This document shows, in pieces, positions 41,136 through 52,436 of a DNA stretch of 64,000 nucleotides. The notes under the pieces were generated by a model. The model made no database searches. It was not told the DNA's origin and saw only the letters and a list, made by a program, of their open reading frames with translations. Location: the NCBI GenBank assembly GCA_963514005.1, contig OY740818.1:11160001-11224000 (forward strand), in the 5' to 3' direction. The stretch is from Raja brachyura (lineage: Eukaryota). The translations under genes and the position numbers were made by a program. The first letter of the stretch is position 1. Every line of letters starts with the position of its first letter.

Positions 41136-41380
41136 TCCGATTCAGATTCAATTTTAATTGTCATTGTCAGTGTACAGTACAGAGACAACGAAATGCATTT
41201 AGCATCTCCCTGGAAGAGCGACACAGCAAATGATTTGAATAAATAATAATAAGTGTCCGGGGAGGGGGGGGGGGTGATTGGCAGTCACCGAGGTACGTTG
41301 TTGAGTAGCGTGACAGCCGCCGGAAAGAAGCTGTTCCTGGACCTGCTGGTTCGGCAACGGAGAGACCTGTAGCTTCCACT
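41136..41380 (-). mobile_element. Rex1-like LINE 3' fragment
   Basis: - strand RSL.CRTSR.RNSFF pattern and (gaatct)n tail. Confidence 0.6.
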
Positions 41381-42425
41381 TCCACTTATAGTCTGTCTTA
41401 CTTGCTTTCAATGGCAACAGATAATAGTTCAAGCATTAAATTAACTTGCAGCAGGCTAGGCAGGCTGTGAATTCTCTGGTGTCTCCCAGCCAGCACTATT
41501 CACTAGAAGTACCATGGCACAGTCAACTAGTACTGTGGTGCAAAACTGCTGAACAGGCACAGAATATTACACCATTTCCATTGAACAACCAAAGCAAGAT
41601 ATCCTGTGCCAAAGGCAGCCTGTGTTGGAGGAGAGACTGTGGGACCATTCTGGGAATACTGACTATCTTTATACAAAGTAATGCTGATCTAGGCTGTACT
41701 CAAGAGTACAAAATAAATTATTTTAATTAGGCATGAAGACGCAGAAGATGGAAAGACAATAATGTAAAAAAAACATTGGGCACAAGGAGATACATGGGTT
41801 CTGTGGTCAGGATTCAAGTTGTATTTGCTGTGATCCAGTCATTATGGAGGAACAATGTAATAGAAAGGTGCCAAGGGAGCTGCAGTGGTAAATACTTAAC
41901 ACGGGTACATTCTAATCCTATTTTCACAATCATATGATTTCAATAAAAATATATAATTTTTGTTAATAAATTTCAATATTTATTTTGCCCAAGATGCAGG
42001 TGTTTAGATATTCATTATGTGAACACAGGCAGTCTGCTGTCTGGAGAAATTAACTTGCATCTATATACTATCTTTACCAAATGAAAATGTCACATCTAGA
42101 CTTTCAAGAACAATTATCAGCAGTGTGCCAGCAAACTGGGATCACGCACAGCCACACATAGTGTGCAAAGGAAATATTACAAAATATAATAATGGAAAAT
42201 TAAACCAGTGTACCTTCAACAGCAATCTCTAAACACCTCAACCAATTCTCAGAAAAATGATAGGAGCTAGAAGAGAAGTTTATTGGAGACAGATAATGAA
42301 TACAGTTGCTGTGGGAAGAAGATAAATAGAAGTGAGAGGGAGAGTGAGGAAAGGGGAGGGATGAGAAGGAAAAAAAGAGTAGAGAGCATGAGAGAGAAAG
42401 AGAAAAAGAGAGACAAAAGACTTAC

Positions 42426-42516
42426 CAGGAAAGTACCTCTCGGGTACTTTACTGTAATAAAACAGAAATGCCAAACTTGCTAGAAGATACATAATACCCA
42501 CTCTTGGAGCAAACAC
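42426..42516 (-). CDS. PAQR3: PAQR3-like coding exon 5 (VFAPRVGIMYLLASLAFLFYYSKVPERYFP)
   Basis: cctag/gtaagt, 91 nt, SKVPERYFPG motif. Confidence 0.95.
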
Positions 42517-43189
42517 CTAGGGGGAAAAAAAATAAAAAAATTACAAAGATGTGTAAATATTTATGACGACTGGATAAACTTAACATTCATTCAATATTTG
42601 AATTTCATGGTTTTAACCTAGGGTCAACATATTTAAGATCCAGCATGTCGGTAATGTAACCTCTGCCTTTGAACACATAATGAATAAATGAGTGACACCA
42701 AATACCACTATTTCCCATCTGGTGACTAAAACTGATGCACAAAACACTACATGGAAGCCGAGTTGCTCCACTGACCCATCTGAATTAGCTGTAGCTACAG
42801 TTAAAATAAAAAAAACCTTGATTTAGTAAATTGTGCTTTGAAAATGATCAGCTATGAAATTACAGCACTTAATTAGTAATTTTCAAAATAATAAAAAATA
42901 TCCTTTGTTTTGAAATGTATAAAAATTTCTGGAAGAGTGCAAGATGAATTAATACTGACCTATTAGTAAATTATTGGTTACGGCTCTGAGTTAGTGTCAC
43001 GATAACTTCATCCTTTCAGATGCCTATGCATCACAAGTCTTGGTTACCCCTCAAACATTTCATTGCTCTGAGGATCAACCTGTCCCTTTGTTGATGTGCC
43101 ACCGACTAATCAAAACTGTTCCCAAATAAACTCCCACATCAAATGAGATTTGGCACATTTTTTGCATCGAGGATGGATTATTTATTATT

Positions 43190-43460
43190 CAGGACTATCT
43201 TAACAGGCAGCTCATCTGCAAGCGCTGCTTCATGCCATCTCCTGGAAGCTGCCATCCCCAAGCACATACCATCCTGACTTGGAAATATATCACCTTTCTT
43301 CACCGACACGGGATCAAAACCCTGGAACGACTCTCTCTAACAGCATCCACACCTGCGAGACTGCAGCGCTTCAAGGTGGCAACTCGCCACCACCTCCTCA
43401 AAAGCAATTCAGGATGGGCAATTAAATGCTGCCTCTGCCTGCAAAGCCCACATCCCGTCA
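43190..43460 (+). mobile_element. Old LINE 3' end; related decayed copy at about 8415-8850 on - strand
   Basis: ctgcagcgcttcaaggtggcaactcgccaccacctcctcaa...ggatgggcaattaaatgctg shared between the copies. Confidence 0.55.
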
Positions 43461-44135
43461 ATGATAAATTAACTATTATCAGCATCATATTGCTTTATGC
43501 GAACCGTGCTAAGCATGAAAATATTACACTTATGGAAAACCCTGTGTACGAGCACATCGGATCAGCTTGGCTGGAGGCACAGCACTGCAACTGGGGACAT
43601 GGAGCCTTTACCTTTACTTTCTGTTGGTTTGTTACACAGAGAAAGAGTGGCTTGTGTGATGGCAGGAGTCTCACAGGAGAGTTGAGATATACTACTCTGC
43701 GATATTCTAGAAAGTGGCCCTTATTTGCTTTCAAACAAAGAACAGTAAAGTTTAGTTGGTAACAGTTAAGTAAGTTTAGTGCCTAGCTTCAAAGTACTAT
43801 TCATGAGCATCCAACAGGTGGCAGGTTGCCTGCATAGATCCTGAGCTTAATTACTGCTTTTGGTTCATCTCGATTCAATGCCAAAAGAAGAAAAAAAACT
43901 TTATTTCCAATCCGCGACTTTTTAGTTTTAGATTCCAATTTCAACAAAACCTAAACAAATTGACGAATTTATACGCAATGCAGAATGTACCTTCCAGCAG
44001 GGGCATAAAATAATGATCCTGAGACCAATGAGAAATGAGACAACGCGAAACAGAACAATCCACCTCTGTAATCTTTTGGGAAAGGCTTGGATTTTGCAGC
44101 TCTCCATGTAGAAAGATGTGCACTGAGATCTAGAG

Positions 44136-44308
44136 TTTAAGAAGGAACTGCAGATGCTGGAAAATTGAAGGTTGACAAAAATGCTGGAGAAGCTCAGCGG
44201 GTGAGGCAGCATCTGTGGAGCGAAGGAAATAGGCGACCTGAAACGTCGCCTATTTCCTTCGCTCCGTAGATGCTGCCTCACCCGCTGAGTTTCTCCAGCA
44301 TATTTGCC
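44136..44308. mobile_element. Palindromic non-autonomous element derived from the Penelope-like tail, with 15-bp TSD
   Basis: about 57-bp inverted arms 44181-44237 and 44245-44301; CACT(G/A)AGATCTAGAG at 44121-44135 and 44309-44323. Confidence 0.85.
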
Positions 44309-44996
44309 CACTAAGATCTAGAGATCGCTGGGCGGTGAAGTTCCTTTTTTCTAACATCAATTACATTTTATCACCTGATCACATGCATCTACAGCAGTAA
44401 CGTCTTCAGGAGGGTTCGGAATTATCCCTGACCACAAGAGGTATTGCTCTAATGTTCAGCTAAGTTTGTTGAGTATTTTATCGAGAATGATGTTAATGCT
44501 GAGGCATTTGCTTGAATATAGCAGAAAGTGAAATATGAATGTTAAAAGCAAAATGTAATTATTTTGAAAATTATTCACAAAGATTTAAACTTTATAAGTT
44601 AAGTTGCTTTTTAAAAAGTGCTGGAGGGATATTTGACATGGATTATACTATGTGATTACAAAAGTTACAAGCAATTGAACAAGACTCAACTTTTAGCACT
44701 GTTTTTCTTAAGTGAAAATATTGCACAAAAAGTCCACTTTTTTGTTCATTCCATGAATTGAATCAGATTTCAACCGACAGCGACTTAAAATCATCCTCTA
44801 TTTGAGCAGGGTGACATGCAAACAGCAACTTCTGAAATACGGCTGTTAACAATGCAGCTATTGCTGACAATTTTGCAGTGGAACGTAGCAAATGGCGACA
44901 GTTTCATTGCCACTACAACTGCAAAATTAGGAGGCCAGCTTGTAACCGCAGTGCCCAAAGCAACAGCAGTTGAGACTGCTGTAGAGTCTTTCCTAC

Positions 44997-45194
44997 CTTG
45001 ACAACAGGCTCCCCTATACCACCGTTCTGAAATATCCAGTGAACTGTGGGGATTACTCCATAGGCAGCGATGAAACAGAAGAGCAGAATGCGGAGCTTGT
45101 GGCAATGTTGAGAGGCATACTGTGGATGGATTTGCGTGAGGAACATCACAACAATCATGGCCAGCACGGTTATCAGGTACACTTGTCTCCAGTA
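44997..45194 (-). CDS. PAQR3: PAQR3-like coding exon 4 (YWRQVYLITVLAM...NGGIGEPVVK)
   Basis: aagcag/gtagga, 198 nt, phase 0-0. Confidence 0.95.
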
Positions 45195-45268
45195 CTGCTT
45201 TGAGAAGGCAAGAAAAGGCATATAATTACAGAGCCAGAGTGTCGTCTCTCATTTAAAAATACTCTGTG

Positions 45269-45474
45269 GTAGACATAAATGCTGGAGAAACTCAGCGGGT
45301 GAGGCAGCATCTATGGAGCGAAGGAATAGGCAACGTTTCGGGTCGAGACCCTTCTTCAGTCTCGACCCGAAACGTTGCCTATTCCTTCTCTTCATAGATG
45401 CTGCCTCACCCACAGAGTTTCTCCAGCATTTTGTCTACCTTCGATTTTTCCAGCATCTGCAGTTCCTTCTTAAA
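45269..45474. mobile_element. Palindromic Penelope-tail derivative with about 80-bp arms
   Basis: arms 45269-45349 and 45359-45438. Confidence 0.85.
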
Positions 45475-45639
45475 ATACTCCATAGTCATTTATAAGTGAC
45501 AATTTCTAAAATGTTCTTTACACACCACTAACTTCTCTACCTGGCATTAGATGCTCAAAGAAACTAAACATAGCTCATGCTTAATAACACATTAACATCA
45601 CAGTAACTATACAATTACAAAGCAGAATCTGAGCAAAAC

Positions 45640-46045
45640 GTACTCGGCTTGTACTCACTAGAATTTAGAAGATTGAGGGGGGATCTTTTAGAAACTTACA
45701 AAATTCTTAAGGGGTTGGACAGGTTAGATGCAGGAAGATTGTTCCCGATGTTGGGGAAGTCCAGGACAAGGGGCCACAGTTTAAGGATAAGGGGGAAATC
45801 TTTTAGGACCAAGATGAAAAAAACATTTTTCACACAGTGGTGAATCTCTGGAATTCTCTGCCACAGAAGGTAGTTGAGGCCAGTTCATTGGCTATATTTA
45901 ATATGGAGTTAGATGTGGCCCTTGTGGCTAAAGGGATCAGGGGGTATGGAGAGAAGGCAGGTACGGGAAACCGAGTTGGATTATCAGCCATGAGCGGTGC
46001 AGGCTCGAAAGGCCGAATGGCCTACTCCTGCATCTATGTTTCTAA
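45640..46045 (+). mobile_element. HER1/CR1 3' fragment
   Basis: near-identical to 14760-15190. Confidence 0.92.
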
Positions 46046-46699
46046 AACCCCTTTAAGCTGTGACAGAAATGTAACCGATGTTTTACAGATCCTGCACTCA
46101 AAATTACTTTGGTTGATTCCCTGTTTGATGAGTTTTAAGTACAATTACTTTTGCATTCAGAACATTATCTTCAGTTGATGTACATCTAGTAATTGGCCAA
46201 CCCTGGATCAATTATCTGTTCAGTACCAACCTTCCTTGGTCAAACAACATTCAGAAACATCTGCAAATTAAGTTTTAAAAGGGTTAATTTTAAATAATTA
46301 ATTTATTGTTAGCACCGGTTAATATTAATATTAATCTGCTCACTTCTGCACTGAGTATGTGCATTGGACGTGTATTTACAATAATTTGAAATGCCGCATT
46401 TTATTTCCCTTTTTTCCAGTTATTAATCTGATGTGAAAGTATTTTGTTCACTCTATACGGGGTCATTGGGTTCAGTTTTGAATTAACTTCACCAAACTAA
46501 TTTAATCAAGCTCACCGCCCTCCGCACTGAGGGGGAATATTTTGAGTTAGAATAATGATACCACCTTTCCATAAACTATAAGGTAGGTTCCATTGTGCTA
46601 AATGTCCACATATTTAGTGATCCTATGCAGAGAACATTTACCTCATTGGTCTGAGATGGATTTGAATTAAGGTCCAAGTGGTGAGAAATCTGTATAACA

Positions 46700-47010
46700 T
46701 TTAGTTTTAGAGATACAGTGCGGAAACAGGCTCTTCGGCCCAACGTGTCCGCACTGACCAGCGATTCCTGCACATTAACACAAGCCTACACATACTAGGG
46801 ACAATTTTACATTTATACCAAGCCAATTAACCCTACAAACCTGTACGTCTTTGGAGTGTGGGAGGAAACTGAAGTTCTCGGAGAAAAAACCCACGCAGGT
46901 CAGGGTGAAAACGTACAAACTCCGTACAGACAAGCACCCATAGTCAGGATCGAACCCAGGTCTCTGGCGCTGTAAGGCAGCAACTCTACCACTACGCCAC
47001 CGTGCCGCTC
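46700..47010 (-). mobile_element. HE1-type tRNA-derived SINE, near full length
   Basis: A/B-box head (ggttcgatcc) at the 47010 end. Confidence 0.88.
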
Positions 47011-47195
47011 TTGTATAGAGACTTGCATATACTACATTATATACACTGTATTCCGTATTATATCATCGGACATCCAAAGGTCTAATTTCACTCTATTCAC
47101 ATATCCCATTTGTTGCTGGACATTTATTTATAGTATATACTTTTTAAGTACACCAACAATTACTTATGATTTACAAAGGACAATGAAAGACTTAC

Positions 47196-47351
47196 CTCAG
47201 CACAATAAAAGGCATAAAAGACTCCTGGGACATAGCATCCCAACATTCCTACGGAGACCCCAGCATAGTCAAGGGCAAGCCACTGCTGGCTGGTTTTCTC
47301 GGAGTGGTGGCAGCAGAAGAGGTGATACCCCGCGGAGCAGAGCATGCAGAA
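47196..47351 (-). CDS. PAQR3: PAQR3-like coding exon 3 (FCMLCSAGYHLFCCHHSEK...LDYAG...FYCAE)
   Basis: ccacag/gtaagt, 156 nt; SxxxH and LDY motifs of the PAQR family. Confidence 0.95.
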
Positions 47352-47409
47352 CTGTGGATGGAAGCAAACTCCTTAGAGTGGTACACTGGCAAGTGTCACA
47401 TGAGGTCAC

Positions 47410-47815
47410 AAATTATAGGAGCAGTTCGGCCCATCATGTCTACTACGCCATTGAATCATGCCTGATCGATCTCTCCCTCCCAACCCCATTCCTCTGTCTT
47501 CTCCCCTTAACCCCTGACACCCGCACTAATCCAGAATCTATCTATCTCTGCCTTAAAAATATCCATTGACCTGGTCCATAGTTCTCTATGCCATGGTGTT
47601 TCCAGTGCTCATCTAAATGCTTCTGAAGTGCAGTGAGAGGAGTCTCCTCCACAGCCTTCTGTGGCAAAGAATTCCACAGATTCACCACCCTCTAACTAAA
47701 GAAATTCCAACTCATCTCCTTCCCAAAGGAACGTCCTTAAATTACGAGGCTAAGACCTTTAGTCCTAGACTCTCCCACCAGTGGAAACATCCTCTCCACA
47801 TTTCACTATTCACCG
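47410..47815 (-). mobile_element. HER1/CR1 3' fragment containing an 80-bp foreign insert
   Basis: reverse similarity to HER1 3' end. Confidence 0.8.
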
Positions 47816-49079
47816 TCTGAAACAGCATGGAAACTGGGACCCTTTCACCTACGAGTCTCTCAGTCATTAAGTACTATCTATACTACTCCTATTATCCAGC
47901 ACCTGGCCCATAGCTATCTATGCCATGGTGTTTCCAGTGCTCATCTAAATGCTTCTGAAGTGCAGTGAGAGGAGTCTCCTTCACCTCCCCACATGTTACA
48001 CGTTCCAGATTTCAATCACCCTCTGCATGGAAATGTCCCTTCTCCAGTACCCACTAAATTACTTACCCTTACTTTAAATACAAGCCTTCTTGTATTGGAC
48101 ACCTCCGTCAAGGGTTAAAACATGATACTTGTGATTGGCAAAACATAAATTATTACAGCTTTATTCTGCTTCAAGGACCCATTTGTTACTTAAGTAATCA
48201 AAGAATGGCGGAATGGCATGAAGGTGCTAGTCAACTACATTTAGGGTCATTCTTGAGTTTGTCAGGTAGACACAAAATGCTGGAGTAACTCAGCAGGACA
48301 GGCGGCATCTTTGGATAGACCCTTCTTGTGTTTGTTACATTGTTTAATTCAATAAATGGAATCTCAATGCCAGATAAACTGTTTTATTGGACAAAGAATA
48401 CAATTTAAAATGAATGTAAATAATTAGTTTAAAATGTTACTCAATGAATTTTGGGTCAGTCTGATGAACAACTACTATATCCACTGTATGAACAACTACA
48501 TTACCACTCTCAACTGATTTTGAACAAAATGAGGGCCAACTAAATCATAGCACAAATGGACTAACATCTATTTGAACAAGTTGTAACTATTTAGGGTGAC
48601 CCCATGGTGCAGCTGGTAGAGCTGCTACCTCACAGCGCCAGATATCCAGACTGGATCCCGACCTCGGGAGCTGTCTGTGAAGCGTTTGCACGTTCTCCTT
48701 GCGAGGCGTGGGTTTCCTCCGGCTGTTCTGGTTTCTTCCCACATCCCAAAGACGTGCTGGTTTGTAGGTAGGAAGGAACTGCAGATGCGGGTTTACACCG
48801 AAGATAGTTACAACATTTTGGAGTAACTCAGCAGGCCAGGCGGCATCTCTGGAGAGAAGTAAGGGGTGACATTTCGGGTCCAGACCCGTCTTCTTCTTAA
48901 GTCTGAAGGAGGGTCACGACCCGAAGTGTCACTCATTCCTTCTACCCTGAGATGCTGCCTGTCCCGCTGAGTTTTGTCCAGCATTTTGTGTCTATCTTCT
49001 GGTTTGTAGGTCGATTGGCTTCTATAATTTGCCCCTAGTGTGTAGGGAGTGAACAGCGGGATAACATGCAACTAGTTTG

Positions 49080-49826
49080 TTAAAGAAGGAACTGCAGATG
49101 CTGGAGAATCGAGGGTTACACAAAAAGCTGGAGAAACTCAACGGGTGCAGCAGCATCTAAGGAGTGAAGGAGATAGGCGACGTTTCGGGTCGAGACCCTT
49201 CTTCAGACTGGTCAGGGATCAGGGAAACGAGAGATATAAACAGTGATATGGAGAGATAAAGCAAGAACAATGAGTGAAAGATATGCAAAAAAGTATTGGT
49301 GATAAGGAAAGCAGGCCATTGTAAGCTATTTCTGGTGTGAAAATGAGAAGCTAGTGCGACTTGGGGGGGGGGGGGGAGATGGAGAAGGAATGTCAGGGCC
49401 CGAGGGCTGAGGGAGAGGTGGGGGGGTGGGGGGAAAGGAGCAGTCTGGGTTAACAGAATTGAGAAAATTCAATGTTTAAGCCCAGAGGATGCAGACTCCC
49501 CAAGCGGAATATGAGATGTTGTTCCTCAAACCTGCGGTGTTGTTCACTCTGGCCATGGAGGAGGCCCAGGACCGAGAGGTCGGATACGGAGTGGGAGGGG
49601 GAGTTGAAGTGCTGAGCCACCGGGAGGTCGGGTTGGTTATTGCGGACCGAGCGGAGGTGTTCGGCGAAACGATCGCCTAGCCTCCGCTTGGTCTCACCGA
49701 TGTAGATTAGCTGGCATCTGGAGCAACGGATGCAGTAGACGAGGTTGGAGGAGGTGCAGGTGAACCTCTGTCGGACTTGGAATGACTGCTTGGGTCCCTG
49801 AAAGGAGTGGATGGGGGAGGTGAAGG
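49080..49826 (-). mobile_element. Penelope-like GIY-YIG 3' fragment with 10-bp TSD
   Basis: homologous to 26198-26842; AACTAGTTTG at 49070-49079 and 49827-49836. Confidence 0.88.
49172..49212 (-). ncRNA. Minimal type I hammerhead-ribozyme-like motif in the Penelope-like tail
   Basis: - strand CUGAAGA-A-GGGUC-UC-GACCC-GAAAC-GUC; intact core and stem II, short stem I, palindromic ACGU in place of stem III. Confidence 0.55.
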
Positions 49827-50333
49827 AACTAGTTTGAATGGGTCATCGATGGTCGATGCAGCCTTGATGGGACAAAGGGCCCGTTTCCATGCTGCATCTC
49901 TAAACCATTGCTCATACTAAAAAGCTTTATTCTTCCACATCCCTTTGAAAAATATATACCCATAGATAATTTTTCCATCATATTTTCAGGCATTGCATTC
50001 CAGAAGTAGCAAATTATTTAAAAAAATCTCCACTGGTTCTTTGGCCAACTATCGCAAATCCGTCTCTTGGTTACTGAGAGTTTTCTCCCCCGTCCACTTT
50101 ATCATGGATTTGAATATCGCAACTAATTCTCCTCTCAAGTTACTCCATGTTGAACAAACCTGACCTCTCCACTGAACTCTGTTCCTGGCATCAGATGAAT
50201 ATATCTCCTCTACGCCTACACTTTTCCAAAGTCACGGTGGTTTCTGAATGGACATACAGTCACAGTGTCTTACAGTGTGGAAACTGGCTCTTATGCCCAA
50301 CTTGCCCACACCAGCCAACATTAGTCACACTAG

Positions 50334-50875
50334 AGATGCTACACTTGTCGCTTTACCTCCCCCCTCGACTCCATTCAAGGACCCAAGCAGTCGTTCCAGG
50401 TGCAACAGAGATTTGCCGGCATCTCCTCCAACCTCATCTATTGCATCCGCTGCTCTAGATGTCAGCTGATCTACATCGGTGAGACCAAGCGGAGGCTTGG
50501 CGATCATTTCGCCGAACACCACCGCTCGGTCCGCATTAACCAACCTGATCTCCCGGTGGCTGAGCACTTCAACTCCCCCTCCCATTCTGAATGCGACCTT
50601 TCTGTCCTGGGCCTCCTCCATGGCCAGAGTGAGGACCGCCGGAAATTGGAGGAGCAGCACCTCATATTTCGCTTGGGCAGTTTGCACCCTAGCGGCATGA
50701 ACATTGACTTCTCCAATTTCCGGTAGCCCTCGCTGTCTTCTCCCCTTCTCACCTCTCCCTCAGCCTCCTCCTTTCTTCTCTCCCCCCCCCCCCCCCCACA
50801 TCAGTCTGAAGGAGGGTTTCGGCGCAAAACGTTGCCTATTTCCTTCGCTCCATAGATGCTGCTGCTCCTGCCTAC
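50334..50875 (+). mobile_element. Penelope-like GIY-YIG 3' fragment with 15-bp TSD
   Basis: NLIYCIRCSRCQLIYIGETKRRLGDHFAEH...PSGMNIDF*; CATTAGTCACACTAG at 50319-50333 and 50876-50890. Confidence 0.9.
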
Positions 50876-51475
50876 CATTAGTCACACTAGTCCCACCTGC
50901 CTATCCAATGATGATTGGTGGAAAGATATAGCATGGAAACAGGCCCTTCAGCCCATGCCGACAATTGATCATCCGTTCACAATGGTTCTAGGAGTAGGAA
51001 GGCAGATGCTGGTTGACACCAAAGACAGCCACAAAATAGAGAACTTCAAACTCCAGTCTGAAGCAGGGTGGTTGACCCGAATCATCACCTATTCCTTTTC
51101 TCCAGAGATGCTGCCTGACCCGCTGAGTGACTCCAGCATTTTGTGTCCCTCTTCACACTGTTTCTAGGTTCTCCCACTTCCGCATCCACTCCTGACACAC
51201 TAGGGGTCCTTAAGCTACAGACTCGCATGCCTCTGGGATGTGGGAGGAAACTGGAGCACCTGGAGAAACACACATGGTCACAGGGAGAACATGCTAACTC
51301 CACACAGACATCACCCGAGGTCAGGACCTAACCAGGGTCTCTCGCACTATGAATGAACAGCATGCACCACTGTGCCGGCTTCAAGTATAGACTTGAAATT
51401 CTTGTCACTTTTTTCCTTCTCCCATCCTGCCTCCTTTCAACCTTTACCTTTTTTTTATTATATAAAGTGACTCAC

Positions 51476-51638
51476 CTGGAAACAGAAGCCAAAAATAATA
51501 AAAACAACATAGTCATCCCTGGTGCTGTTTGACGATGGCAACAGGAAGCAAGTATCATGTAGACCCATGAGGAAGAACAACAGGAACCCCAGCAAGTGGC
51601 TCCATATATTCACACTCTCGTTGGACAAAACAAAGAGG
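51476..51638 (-). CDS. PAQR3: PAQR3-like coding exon 2 (SLFVLSNESVNIWSHLLGF...FCFQ)
   Basis: aaatag/gtgagt, 163 nt, NExxNIWSH motif. Confidence 0.95.
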
Positions 51639-51879
51639 CTATTTTCAAAAGGATCGAAAACACAATAATGTCAGTGAATTACACACTTGTAACATTCGAA
51701 TGTTGCAAAAATTAGATTAGATAGATGCATATTGTGGCCAGGAGAGATACTTTGTATTCAAACTTCCCACATTCTCAAATATAGGACATTTAAGAGAACA
51801 AATAATTATTACAATTCCCTTCCAGTGATACGAAATAAAATGTTGAAAATTTCAGCTAACTACTTTCACAGCTCAGGTT

Positions 51880-52436
51880 TGCATAGAGTCATAGAGTGAT
51901 ACTGTGTGGAAACAGGCCCTTCGACCCAGTTCGCCCACACCGGCTAACTATGTCCCAGCTACCCTAGTCCCACTTGCCTGCGCTTGGTCCATAATCCTCC
52001 AAACGTGTCCTATCCATGTACCTATCCATGTTTTGTAAATGGTGGGATAATCCCATCCTCAACTACCTCCTCTGGCAGTTTGTTCCACACACCCACCACC
52101 CCGTGTGAAAAAGTTACCCCTCAGATTCCCATTAAATCTTTTCCCCTTCACCTTGTACCTATGTCCTCTGGTCCTCGATTCCCCTACTCTGGGTAAAAGA
52201 CTGTGCATCTACCCGATCTATTCCTCTCATGATTTTGTACACCTCCATAAGATCTCCCCTCATCCTCCTACACTCCATGGAATAGAGACCGAGCCTACTC
52301 AACCTCTCCCTATAGCTCACACCGTCTAGTCCTGGCAATATCCTGGTAGATCTTTTCTGAACCCTTTCAAGCTTGACAATACCTTTCCTATAACATGGTG
52401 CCCAGAACGGAACACAATATTCTAAATGCGGTCTCA
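51880..52436 (-). mobile_element. CR1-type LINE 3' fragment
   Basis: RPHLEYCVPFWAPCYRK ORF; (actctatg) tail. Confidence 0.9.

Larger units (their letters stand above)
48596..49915 (+). mobile_element. HE1-type SINE with two nested insertions: palindromic element 48770-48998 and Penelope-like fragment 49080-49826
   Basis: SINE sequence rejoins across both inserts; TSDs CTGGTTTGTAGGT and AACTAGTTTG. Confidence 0.85.

Noticed and set aside
43232-43762. 176-aa ORF
   Set aside because: First half is an old LINE 3' end, it is antisense within a PAQR3-like intron, and there is no recognisable domain.
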